DNA of 64,000 bases, from positions 83,086-147,085 of the forward strand of contig JABHXA010000004.1 in NCBI GenBank assembly GCA_018657495.1, given 5' to 3'. Positions 21,101 through 26,390 of this stretch are shown in pieces (within the stretch, counting starts at the first letter, position 1; each line of letters begins with the position of its first letter). Below the pieces are notes generated by a model, which worked only from the letters and a program-made list of their open reading frames with translations, ran no database searches and had not been told where the DNA came from. The position numbers were made by a program, and so were the translations under genes. Origin of the DNA: Fidelibacterota bacterium (GTDB lineage Bacteria > Fidelibacterota > Marinisomatia > SCGC-AAA003-L08 > JACNLC01).

Positions 21101-22183
21101 GATGAAGATCCATCAAATGATAATGATGATATGGATTGTGCCGGTGTTTGTTTTGGAACTGCTGCTGAAGACGATTGCGGATTCTGTGATGATGATAGCA
21201 GCAATGACTGTGCACTTGGTTGTATTGATCCATTAGCTGATAATTATGATCCTGATGCTGACACTGATGATGGATCATGTACATTTACCGATCTCATACC
21301 GCCAAATCAGTTTAATGATGTGACCTATTCGAGTCCAACTGGGGATATAACACTGTTCGTCCCCGGTAATAACCTGATGTTTGATGGAACAGCTCTTGTT
21401 GATTCAGTATTTTTCACTATCGGTTCATATATACCAGGTGGAATTGACCCGGATAAGGAAACATTAAAATCGTTTATTTCATCTGATTTCAGTGCTTTGC
21501 AGAATGTACTGATGTTCTGGCCTTATAGTATATATTTTGCCAATCCAGTTGAAATTACCATACCTTATGATATTTCATTGTCAAGAGGGGGGCAGGCCGT
21601 AACAAATGTTATACTTGGTCTTGATTCACCTTCAGATAATACATGGACAGTTGTTAATGGCAGTAATTGTGCTGCCGGCTCATGTAGCGGTAGTGTGAAT
21701 TCATTTGGAATTTATACCGTTGCTACCATGTTAGTGGATTGTAATGGTACACCTGGTGGTGAAGCATACGTTGATAACTGTGGTATTTGTAATGATGATC
21801 CAGATGATGATTGTATTCAGGATTGTGACGGCGACTGGGGCGGTACAGATGAAATTGATGATTGTGGTGTATGCGGTGGTGATAATTCATGCGCATTTGG
21901 AATCACAAACTTCCATGTTTATCCGAACCCAATAGATGCATCAGCTGATAGCTATTTCTATTTTGAAACAACAAAGGCCTTTGTCTTTGGCAGCATCAAA
22001 ATTTTTGATTTTGCTGGTAATGAAGTGGCTAAAATCTCTCTTGTCGGCGATGTTCTTGGTGAACAGAATATCCAATGGACAGATATGCAGGGGGTCGGCC
22101 GTGGAGGATATGTGGCTGTCCTTGTCTTGCGGGATGCTGATGGTACCAGGTTGAAGGCATATTCAAAAATTGCTGTCAAATAA
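9062..22183 (+). CDS. Giant (4,373 aa) secreted mosaic surface protein, putative T9SS cargo/adhesin
   Basis: A single uninterrupted 13,122-nt ORF with an AAGGAG SD, a signal peptide and a C-terminal YPNP-type tail. Internal modules are listed as separate features below. Confidence 0.9.
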   Translation: MSAKRYFLLFAVCASLSIFNTAYSQDDPPAEFEYNQSSQQAFYFLQSANIESVELAADDWIAVFKNGVCVGAAIWEGLNTTLTAQGDQGEDWTVGYLVDGDIPDFVVYDASEGIFLDQVMASDVHDINDVPISLEWHSGGPFIFIGSLDAYIRPLEFIFNQSSLQANYFIISAVINTSEISTDDWIGIFNGDICVGAAQWAGEWTLVPAMGDNGLDWTVGYMESGGIPSFQIWDASIDSIFTTTETTGVDPGLEWANLAFINIDQLAAITVDCNGDDGGSAILDECGNCVEGSTGLLFNYAMDCLGVCEGTAVEDCAGVCDGSSLEDDFDGCCEEFTTFYADTDIDTFGDLENSIQACDLQDGYVANSNDCDDTNVNINPDATDANCDGVDDNCNDVSDDQYGATATVCGVGVCESNGVLDCIDGFEIDSCVEGDPTGDDTDCNGFDEDCSGTADDNYVAPDTECGEGVCFSTGILECIDGSPFDTCEEGLPAGDDTDCNGIDEDCSGGADDNYVTTDTECGEGVCFSTGILECIDGGEVDSCVEGDPTGLDDDCNGIDEDCSGTADDNYLATDTECGEGVCFSTGTLECIDGGEVDSCVVGDITGLDDDCNGFDEDCSGTADDNYVSTSTECGEGVCFSTGSLECIDGSPFDTCEEGLPTGDDTDCNGVDEDCAGGADDNYLAAETECGVGVCIATGFLECVDGGEVDSCVEGDPAGDDTDCDGLDDDCSGAADDNYVATATVCGVGVCESIGVLDCIDGNEENSCVEGEITGDDTDCNGLDDDCSGFADDNYIIDDSCFVAGDCVIGNVESSCIDGTPTECLAGEDFIDECSGECCDGDTGIECSYFNAQDDFSGYYDCAGVCDGFSYEDPCGTCDDDPLNDCTYSYFEAVYDTIPDNGTSQLIIFDAGITSLSIGDEIAIFDAAGLDITNIENCNGNIGEVMVASGTYWGGVQTEMVATGSIDNCAFGGSMMPGWISGNSIVIRVYKHDEEIEYETVATYNVGNGVFGDIFTSVGELTLVEDQNIVINEFFFRNSNSDVPDYIELYNTEDVAVDLAGWTINGETIVSGIIDSAGYFLLATEDPFYDANGTEYFAGENLPNSAMVDISLGTSSDGLILVSAVGAVVDEVSYNIDEWPTGSINSGYAVELKNEDFDNSLAGNWGQVEETPIGTYMYLDSGDDWDFGSPLAINTVWEGPIEGCMDSQACTYDPLANINVPEDCLYDAIYYADVDGDGFGAGVGEIFCPGDETPGWVSNTDDPEPDCPNITPDILQVDDCGVCICYDEDNEFCEPTEWNEDMDCAGECFGPAVLDDCLHCSGGNSGHIANSEIDECNVCPEGYLAIDGTPLPPDPEYIYLDGPDCLEVCFGDAEFDACDICEGGNEEILPDFCVGPDCDCEGVCFGDAELATFCLDTDGDGLGNPGTEYEYCEGLPDGGYVPNCDDEHPDCFENFFDCLGECGGPAIEDCADECNGNAQIEVFCIDEDQDGYGAFGSETEYCDTQLPDPDLWITDCTDQCDDIFGIVCTNVMVVEIDPTGISQLIIFENTITGLIPGDEVGIFDLNGLDATNEGNCEGNTGEVMVGAGLWEGDQLNIAAIGSVDNCAFGATMLPGYVNGNSIVVRVYRPSDDIIYDTNLTFSIGNGVYGDIFSNISEITFAQSYDVVINEFFFRNQNSDAPDYVELYNNETENVDLAGWTFNGEVISSGTISAGGYFLISIDDPFYDVSGEDYFAGVDFPNSAFADISLGTSSDELVLVANDGTPIDEVNYSADAGWPTGLPNRGYAVELISPTLDNSLLINWARALEDPVGSYMYNPTGDGWDFGSPLEVNTVFEEDVTEVLGCPDVDACNFNPEANIDDGSCEYDATYYADVDGDGFGFGDGVVFCGNPGEGWVSNNLDQEENCWNPTPETLLVDDCGVCNGENASMDCAGVCDGTALIDNCDECVLPGNECVQDCNDVWGGSGQPDACGVCDGDNYELVPDFFVGPDADCAGVCDGASYEDECGVCDDDPSNDSFYNSSEDFGGIYDCAGVCDGDSYFDECGVCDDLVENDNADMDCLGVCYGPNLEDECGTCDDDTLNDCIQDCAGVWGGESYPDECGVCDDDPANDSYWNSSADFGGVYDCAGDCFGALIVDDCGICDGDGSSCDTPIVLDQSLFTDENTALDFALTALDVDPLEFLLVVDPLSGSLECTDGTDINCTYTPNTGFSGIDQFQYQVFDGTWLSNLGTVTITVNSISSPPVAESFGLELDEDQDLLLYLIGSSGDVDDDMLEFQITSFPSNGDLSADRALESYTYSPFDNYNGSDSFTYTVFDGNLTSEEATVDLNILPMNDAPIIESVDPVGDSFEIFENTFIDITVNVNEVDGDDFTLEFPGMPVNGELTYFAGQDNFIYTPTPGFSGGEVITVQAVETATGDLLASAPAVIEITILPIEHTPIAYDVIEDLFEDSENFHISLIAIDPDGDAIEFFIDQSPDHGLLNLHGDYVEYSPDENYNGTDEFTYYASDGSSDSDPATVHINVIPVNDPPDIADENFTDVSDGFTFNLPTTDIDGDDLSVTFIPEVDGIGLAYLGGTVTPLGNGEYMYNVANNMTDWDMIFMNVTDGEITVNASIQFNITGGLQLMSRDAPNALDQSVDVTEDVVSVITLIGVDIGFIMDNTATVQITQDPINGSISVPVLQNVFVENVANWNLNYTPNGDFFGSDSIKYQVTNPNNTDGNTSGEGTVLITVHPVNDIPSLTVISNTAIDEDTQTTLTMNGTDPDNTLVMTALSTDPSNLTLEISGLDLTLVPAANYNGAVVVTATVTEADGDDNYTAVQSFTLTIDPINDTPVMTPVTDISMAEEGVYNLSMSASDIDGDNSFTYNASSDNNSLISLAIDGNQLTITGELDMSGTATVTANVDDGGNVNSQSESITFDVTVNNTNDAPLVNVSTPGAVNEDGANVVLNFTPSDADDDQVTITYSYNNDQLFPEGSVDLNLSVGDSGTARTITMNPAENASGTAILIITADDGSVTSSEQVTITVNATNDAPEMVAIGNQNVNEDQVKTVALAASDADNLANELTFSVTAGTNITASVSGNELTLTPDANYNGSESFTVTVTDGTNEDSSTFLLTVDPVPDSPVITSTAGIEAVEGIEYTYQVVATDVDEESLEYSLSSEPAGMAVDGLGLITWTPADGISTSGTVTLTVADPGGLVAIENFTISVSDVDCNGLQGGTALEDDCGDCVDPANFNDAMDCNGVCDGTAVTDNCGDCVEGDTGLTFDGAMDCNGVCDGTAVTDECSNCVDPSDFNEAMDCNGDCDGTALTDDCGDCVEGNTGITYNEAMDCAGVCDGVSYEDDCGICDNNVDNDNIDMDCDGVCFGPNLEDECLTCDDDPLNDCVQDCAGIWGGTAYEDECDVCDDDPLNDCVQDCAGDWGGDAYADLCGICDDDPLNDSFYIDQTNFGGAYDCNEVCEGDWVTDDCDDCVDPENFDEADLGCGCDEPAAIEYCHDTDSDGNGNPGTQTEYCADELPFGWVVSDSCDDPDPDCATDDTDDCGVCAGNNADMDCDGVCFGNSLEDMCNTCDNNPDNDCEQDCAGVWGGDSLTDDCGICDNDPLNDNADMDCAGVCFGDSLEDNCGVCDNDPLNDDADMDCAGVCFGSSLEDMCGVCDNNPDNDCEQDCADVWGGDSLTDNCGVCDNDPLNDDADMDCAGVCFGSNLVDECGVCDDDDTNDCIQDCNDVWGGDSLEDACGVCDNNPDNDNLDDGSGFITGPDADCAGVCDGLSLEDECGDCDDDDTNNCVQDCNGTWGGSFVMDDCSDCVDPADLNGAMDCNGVCDGLAVTDDCGDCVEGDTGADFNDAMDCAGVCDGLSLVDECGVCDDDDTNNCTQDCADVWGGDSLEDACGVCDNNPDNDNLDDGFGFITGPDADCAGICFGTSEVDECGVCDDDDTNDCEQDCNGTWGGSFVMDDCADCVDPANFNDAMDCTGLCDGTSIEDDCGDCVDPADFNAAMDCNDVCNGLSLEDDCGVCDEDPSNDNDDMDCAGVCFGTAAEDDCGFCDDDSSNDCALGCIDPLADNYDPDADTDDGSCTFTDLIPPNQFNDVTYSSPTGDITLFVPGNNLMFDGTALVDSVFFTIGSYIPGGIDPDKETLKSFISSDFSALQNVLMFWPYSIYFANPVEITIPYDISLSRGGQAVTNVILGLDSPSDNTWTVVNGSNCAAGSCSGSVNSFGIYTVATMLVDCNGTPGGEAYVDNCGICNDDPDDDCIQDCDGDWGGTDEIDDCGVCGGDNSCAFGITNFHVYPNPIDASADSYFYFETTKAFVFGSIKIFDFAGNEVAKISLVGDVLGEQNIQWTDMQGVGRGGYVAVLVLRDADGTRLKAYSKIAVK
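9140..9870 (+). repeat. Two tandem A-type copies of an unnamed ~120-aa module
   Basis: FEYNQSSQQAFYF...DDWIAVFKNGVCVGAAIWEG...GYLVDGDIPDFVVYD aligns with FIFNQSSLQANYF...DDWIGIFNGDICVGAAQWAG...GYMESGGIPSFQIWD. Confidence 0.6.
10169..11551 (+). repeat. Eight tandem MopE-like putative metal-binding cysteine-rich units (~168 nt each)
   Basis: The first unit reads DCDDTNVNINPDATDANCDGVDDNC. Seven units of DDTDCNG[FIVL]D[ED]DCSG.ADDNY...ECGEGVCFSTG.LECIDG follow. The period of 168 nt was checked between 10376 and 10544. Stretches of more than 55 nt are nearly identical between units. Confidence 0.7.
11735..12660 (+). other. Module 1: B-type unnamed domain followed by a lamin-tail domain (LTD)
   Basis: The B-type part reads SQLIIFDAGITSLSIGDEIAIFD...NCNGNIGEVMV...DNCAFGG. 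The LTD signature is VINEFFFRNSNSDVPDYIELYNTEDVAVDLAGWTING. Confidence 0.7.
13655..14580 (+). other. Module 2: a second B-type domain + LTD pair
   Basis: SQLIIFENTITGLIPGDEVGIFD...NCEGNTGEVMV...DNCAFGA is followed by VINEFFFRNQNSDAPDYVELYNNETENVDLAGWTFNG. Confidence 0.7.
15500..18420 (+). repeat. Array of about ten cadherin-like / Ig-like ~95-105-aa domains
   Basis: Successive modules end in MNDAP, IEHTP, VNDPP, VNDIP, INDTP, TNDAP, TNDAP and VPDSP. Each contains a Y.P..(N/D)(Y/F).G.D.F.Y...DG pattern. Confidence 0.65.
18420..18680 (+). other. He_PIG / dystroglycan-type Ig-like domain
   Basis: PVITSTAGIEAVEGIEYTYQVVATDVDEESLEYSLSSEPAGMAVDGLGLITWTPA. Confidence 0.55.
18680..21230 (+). repeat. 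Long array of ~22-27-aa Cys4/Asp-rich units
   Basis: The recurrent pattern is DC[AN]G[VI]C[DF]G.[SA]..D[DE]CG[VDI]CD[DN][DN]P.ND. Shorter arrays occur at about 9870-10060, 11545-11730, 12860-13650, 14800-15500 and 21735-21895. Confidence 0.7.
21911..22180 (+). other. C-terminal Por-secretion-type (T9SS CTD-like) domain
   Basis: FHVYPNPIDASADSYFYFETT...IKIFDFAGNEVAKI...YVAVLVLRDADGTRLKAYSKIAVK* forms a ~90-aa beta-sandwich-like tail with the YPNP start. Confidence 0.6.
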
Positions 22184-22224
22184 GAATTAATTTTTATTCA
22201 TAATAATTTATAAATGGAAAGACT

Positions 22225-23178
22225 ATGAGAATATTCAAAAAGATCCAAATGAGCAGAAAGTTAATCATTATCGTTAGCCTTATGATGACGGGACTTATGG
22301 CAGAAGCAGATACCAATCCAGTTGCGCATACAGGCATGTTTGTAGATGCCCGGGCAGCCAGTATGGGTGGGGCTTATACTGCCGCCGCTTTTGGTGTTGA
22401 AGCTGCCTATTATAATCCAGCCGGACTCACAATGTTCGAAGGCAGGGAGTTTAGCTCTATGCTTTCAACAGGATTGGCATTCGACCGTAATTTTAGTTTT
22501 ATTGGTGTTGCCGCCAATCCTGGTTTCAAGAATAGAATGTCTGCCGCTGTCGCCTGGTCAAATGCCGGATGGGGAAATATGGATGGATATGATTCAAACA
22601 ATATGCCTGATGGTGATTTCGAAGTAAAGGAAAGCAGCTTGATGTTGAGTTTTGCTGAATATGTTGATTATCTGCGTCTTAGCTGGGGAACCACCATCAA
22701 AATGTTAAATTCTGACGTCGATGGTTCAAAAGCAGGTTTTGGATTGGATATTGGGCTTTTACATGAATTGGGTAATTTCCACATGTTCGAAGAGGTCATT
22801 GTTGGGGCTGTCGTCAAAGATTTCTATTCAAAAATTGATGATGAAAAATTGGATGCTGTCTATAAAATTGGTGTTTCTGGGTATTATTCACCGGAATTAT
22901 TCACCGTTTTTGATCTTGGTTTTGGCACTGGAGATAATAGTGAAACAACTTATGCACTTGGTGTGGAGTATCGCTATAATATCAGTGATTTGGGACCGGT
23001 ACAGAATATGTCGATTGAATCAGCAGATTTTCTGCCTCGATTCGGTATTAATACAGGTGATCTCTATTTTGGTTTTGGTCTCAACCTACCAAAGTTTTCA
23101 CTGGATTATGCCTTTATACCGGCACCAAATAGTGAATTCGATACATCTCACAGATTTTCACTAAATATTCCATTTTAA
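22225..23178 (+). CDS. PorQ/PorV-family-like outer-membrane beta-barrel
   Basis: It has a signal peptide, the motif FVDARAASMGGAYTAAAFGVEAAYYNPAGLTMF, alternating-hydrophobicity strands and a C-terminal ...FSLNIPF*. It is separated by 41-nt spacers from both flanking cargo genes. Confidence 0.6.
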   Translation: MRIFKKIQMSRKLIIIVSLMMTGLMAEADTNPVAHTGMFVDARAASMGGAYTAAAFGVEAAYYNPAGLTMFEGREFSSMLSTGLAFDRNFSFIGVAANPGFKNRMSAAVAWSNAGWGNMDGYDSNNMPDGDFEVKESSLMLSFAEYVDYLRLSWGTTIKMLNSDVDGSKAGFGLDIGLLHELGNFHMFEEVIVGAVVKDFYSKIDDEKLDAVYKIGVSGYYSPELFTVFDLGFGTGDNSETTYALGVEYRYNISDLGPVQNMSIESADFLPRFGINTGDLYFGFGLNLPKFSLDYAFIPAPNSEFDTSHRFSLNIPF

Positions 23179-23219
23179 TAAAGAAAAGAATTACAACTAA
23201 TAAACAAGGAGTTAAATAA

Positions 23220-26200
23220 ATGAGATCTATTTTTAGAATGTTTTCATTCGTCGTTTTGTTTGCAGCAGTGTCTGCACAATACTATAATGTTGAGATTGAA
23301 CAAACTGGAGAATATCAGTTAATATCATTTCAATCATCTATTACCGGACTACAGGTTGGTGATGAAATCGGTGTATTTGATACAAATGCTATCATGAATT
23401 CAGGAAATTGTGATAATGAAATTGGTGAATTACTCGTTGGTGCTGGTGTTTGGGATGGCAGCCAAATAAATATTTCAGCCATTGGCTCCCTTGATTATTG
23501 TGCCTTTGGCGGTGATCAATTTGCCGGTTGGGTTGATGGTAATCCAGTAGTCGTGAAAATCTATCGTCAATCAACGGGCATGGAATATGCTGCTACCGTA
23601 ACTTATTCTATTGGTACCGGGAGCTTTGGTGATTTACTACTTATTGTCTCTGAAATTACAATTGACGATACTCCTGTTGAAGATTATTATAACGTAGACA
23701 TTGATGAGACTGGTGAGTGGCAGTTGATTTCTCTCCAGACATCAATTACATTCCTGGAGCCTGGTGATGAAATTGGTATCTTTGATGCCAACGCCATTTT
23801 GAATTCAGGGAATTGCGATAACGATATTGGTGAATTACTGGTTGGTGCCGGTGTTTGGGATGGCAGTCAATTGGATATTTCTGCTATTGGATCTCTTGAC
23901 TACTGTGCTTTCGGCGGTGACCAGTTTGCTGGTTGGGTTGATGGCAATGAAGTAATTGTCAGAGTTTATGAGCCCGATACAGAAACAGAAACTGAAGTAG
24001 CAGCTACCTACCTTATTGGTACAGGGCACTTTGGTGATTTATTACTCATTATTTCTGAATTAACAGGTGATACATTTTGTGATGACATTGACGCATGTAA
24101 CTACGGCGCTGAAGAATCATGTTGGTATCCAGAAGATGAAGGCTGGTGCGATTGTGAAGAAAATGTCGAAGATTGTTTTGGCGAATGTGGCGGTACGGCA
24201 GAACTAGATGATTGTGGTGTTTGTGACGGATTGAATGCTGATATGGATTGTTCAGGTGAATGTTTTGGTGATGCATACGTAGATGATTGTGGTGTGTGTG
24301 ATGGAATGAATGCTGACATGGATTGTTCAGGTGAATGTTTTGGTGATGCCTATGTAGATGATTGTGGTATTTGTGATGGAATGAATGCTGATATGGATTG
24401 TTTAGGTGAATGTTTTGGTGATGCCTATGTAGATGATTGTGGTGTTTGTGATGGAATGAATGCTGACATGGATTGTTCAGGTGAATGTTTTGGTGATGCT
24501 GAGCTAGATGATTGTGGAGTCTGTGAAGGAATGAATGCCGACATGGATTGTTCAGGTGAATGTTTCGGCGATGCTTATGAAGATGATTGTGATGTTTGTG
24601 ATGATAATCCTGATAATGACAACGAAGATATGGATTGTGCTGGGGTATGTTTTGGTAATAGTTATGAGGATTTCTGTGGAGTCTGTGATGATGATCCTGA
24701 AAATGATTGTCCAGAATTAGTATATTTTACTGACTTGCCACCAGAAACTGGTGTCAGTTCATTAATCCTTGTAAATGTAACTGGCGGATTAAATGAGTAT
24801 GATGAAGTGGGTTTATTTGATGCTGCTGGTTTAATCAACTATAATGATTGTTCTGACCAATATGGTGAAATATTGGTGGGTGCATCTGCTTATCTAGGTG
24901 AGCAAATGGAAATTGTCGCTACCGGTTCAGTTGATAATTGCGCTTTTGGTGGTGTTCAGCTTTCAGGTTATGTCGCTGGTAATCCTGTTGATTATAAAAT
25001 TTGGAACAGTCAGGATGAAGCATGTGGAGAATATGCCATACCTGCTGATCAGGTCTCTTATGCGGTTGGTAATGGTGTATTTGGTGATATCATTACGGTA
25101 GCAAATCTTGACGCAAACCGTTATGGCTGTATGGATCCTGAATCTTTGAATTATGATCCATGCGCAACTGCTGAAATGGATGGTGATTGTCAATACTTCA
25201 CAATTCAAACTTTAGAATTGCTTGGACTAAGATGGAATAATATTTCATTTAATGTTGAACCTCTTGATCCTGCTGTAGAAAATTTATTCCCTGCTGATGA
25301 TGTATTGATTGTTACAAATGATCAATCTCAATTCTATCTTCCTGGATTTGGTGTCAACATGATTAATGACGTCCAATGCAGCGAAGGTTACTCAGTATAT
25401 CTAACTGGTGTAGATCCACTCATTATCGAGGTTGAAGGGGCAATGATTGTAGATTGTCCAATTGATTTATTTCCATTATTCTGGAATAATATCGCTTATC
25501 ATTGCACTGAAGCTATGGATGCTGCCGATGCCTTTAATGGCATTCCAGTTCTTCTTGTAACAGATGATAGTGGAAATTATTACTTACCTGGATTTGGTGT
25601 TAATACAATTGATTCCAATGGTGGAATGCAACCTGGTAAAGGTTATAGAGTTTATCTTGAGGGTTCAGACCCTGCAACTCTTGAATATGATTGTGGTGCA
25701 TCAATGGCGCGCGGTAATGACTACTTGCAATCACAGTTTGCTGCCACTCAATCTGACCAGTATCAGATAACAGAAACAGGTATGTCCCATCCTATTTTGA
25801 TAGAATCAATTGAAGGGAATGTGTCGGTTGGTGATGAAATTGTTGCTTATGCCAATGGTGATGTAGTTGGTGCAATAAAAATTACCGATCTTAATTCATC
25901 ATCTCTACTGGTTGCCTGGGAAGGTTACGAAAATTACAATATCTCATTGGATGGTTATACTGAAGGTGACAATATTGAATTAAGACTTTGGAGTTATGCG
26001 GAGAATACTGAGAAACATGTAGAAATGGATCTGAATAATTATCATTATGGTAGTACACCGCTCACAACGGGTAATATCATTGTAACTGATGAGTTGGCAG
26101 TACCTGAAAACTTTGCACTGTCTGCTGCATATCCAAATCCATTCAATCCAACTACCACAGTAAACTATAGAATCCCACAGGATTCCAATGTAAAAGTGGA

Positions 26201-26369
26201 AGTTTATGCTATGACTGGTCAGCTGGTTACCGAATTGGTTAATCAGAATCAGACAGCTGGTTATTACCAAATAACCTGGAATGCAGGGACTCAGCCAAGC
26301 GGTATTTACTTTGTAAAATTAACTGCTGGTAACTTCTCTCAAATTCAGAAAGTGATGCTGGTTAAATAA
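23220..26369 (+). CDS. Secreted 1,049-aa T9SS cargo, paralogous in modules to the giant protein
   Basis: The signal peptide is MRSIFRMFSFVVLFAAVSAQ. Three B-type modules lie at 23280-23670, 23685-24070 and 24711-25115. There are Cys4/Asp repeats, two ~80-aa modules (25200-25690), one A-like module (25760-26090) and a canonical CTD. Confidence 0.9.
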   Translation: MRSIFRMFSFVVLFAAVSAQYYNVEIEQTGEYQLISFQSSITGLQVGDEIGVFDTNAIMNSGNCDNEIGELLVGAGVWDGSQINISAIGSLDYCAFGGDQFAGWVDGNPVVVKIYRQSTGMEYAATVTYSIGTGSFGDLLLIVSEITIDDTPVEDYYNVDIDETGEWQLISLQTSITFLEPGDEIGIFDANAILNSGNCDNDIGELLVGAGVWDGSQLDISAIGSLDYCAFGGDQFAGWVDGNEVIVRVYEPDTETETEVAATYLIGTGHFGDLLLIISELTGDTFCDDIDACNYGAEESCWYPEDEGWCDCEENVEDCFGECGGTAELDDCGVCDGLNADMDCSGECFGDAYVDDCGVCDGMNADMDCSGECFGDAYVDDCGICDGMNADMDCLGECFGDAYVDDCGVCDGMNADMDCSGECFGDAELDDCGVCEGMNADMDCSGECFGDAYEDDCDVCDDNPDNDNEDMDCAGVCFGNSYEDFCGVCDDDPENDCPELVYFTDLPPETGVSSLILVNVTGGLNEYDEVGLFDAAGLINYNDCSDQYGEILVGASAYLGEQMEIVATGSVDNCAFGGVQLSGYVAGNPVDYKIWNSQDEACGEYAIPADQVSYAVGNGVFGDIITVANLDANRYGCMDPESLNYDPCATAEMDGDCQYFTIQTLELLGLRWNNISFNVEPLDPAVENLFPADDVLIVTNDQSQFYLPGFGVNMINDVQCSEGYSVYLTGVDPLIIEVEGAMIVDCPIDLFPLFWNNIAYHCTEAMDAADAFNGIPVLLVTDDSGNYYLPGFGVNTIDSNGGMQPGKGYRVYLEGSDPATLEYDCGASMARGNDYLQSQFAATQSDQYQITETGMSHPILIESIEGNVSVGDEIVAYANGDVVGAIKITDLNSSSLLVAWEGYENYNISLDGYTEGDNIELRLWSYAENTEKHVEMDLNNYHYGSTPLTTGNIIVTDELAVPENFALSAAYPNPFNPTTTVNYRIPQDSNVKVEVYAMTGQLVTELVNQNQTAGYYQITWNAGTQPSGIYFVKLTAGNFSQIQKVMLVK
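24207..24581 (+). repeat. Five near-identical in-frame 75-bp tandem repeats
   Basis: The unit GATGATTGTGGTGTTTGTGATGGAATGAATGCTGACATGGATTGTTCAGGTGAATGTTTTGGTGATGCCTATGTA encodes DDCGVCDGMNADMDCSGECFGDAYV. Copies differ at only a few positions. Degenerate copies continue to about 24715. Confidence 0.9.
26118..26366 (+). other. Canonical T9SS C-terminal sorting domain
   Basis: LSAAYPNPFNPTTTVNYRIPQDSNVKVEVYAMTGQLVTELVNQNQTAGYYQITWNAGTQPSGIYFVKLTAGNFSQIQKVMLVK*. Confidence 0.85.
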
Positions 26370-26390
26370 CAGCCATTATATAAAAACTTT

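Noticed and set aside
24207-24581. Regular 75-bp repeats that superficially resemble a CRISPR array.
   Set aside because: The repeats are contiguous with no unique spacers. They are in-frame within a long ORF and encode a Cys4/Asp protein repeat. No cas genes are present.
9062-26369. Possibility that the repeat-rich cargo genes are targets of a diversity-generating retroelement or invertible phase-variation switch.
   Set aside because: The window has no reverse transcriptase, recombinase or invertase ORF. I found no non-coding template copy of any repeat and no inverted repeats bracketing the promoter region.
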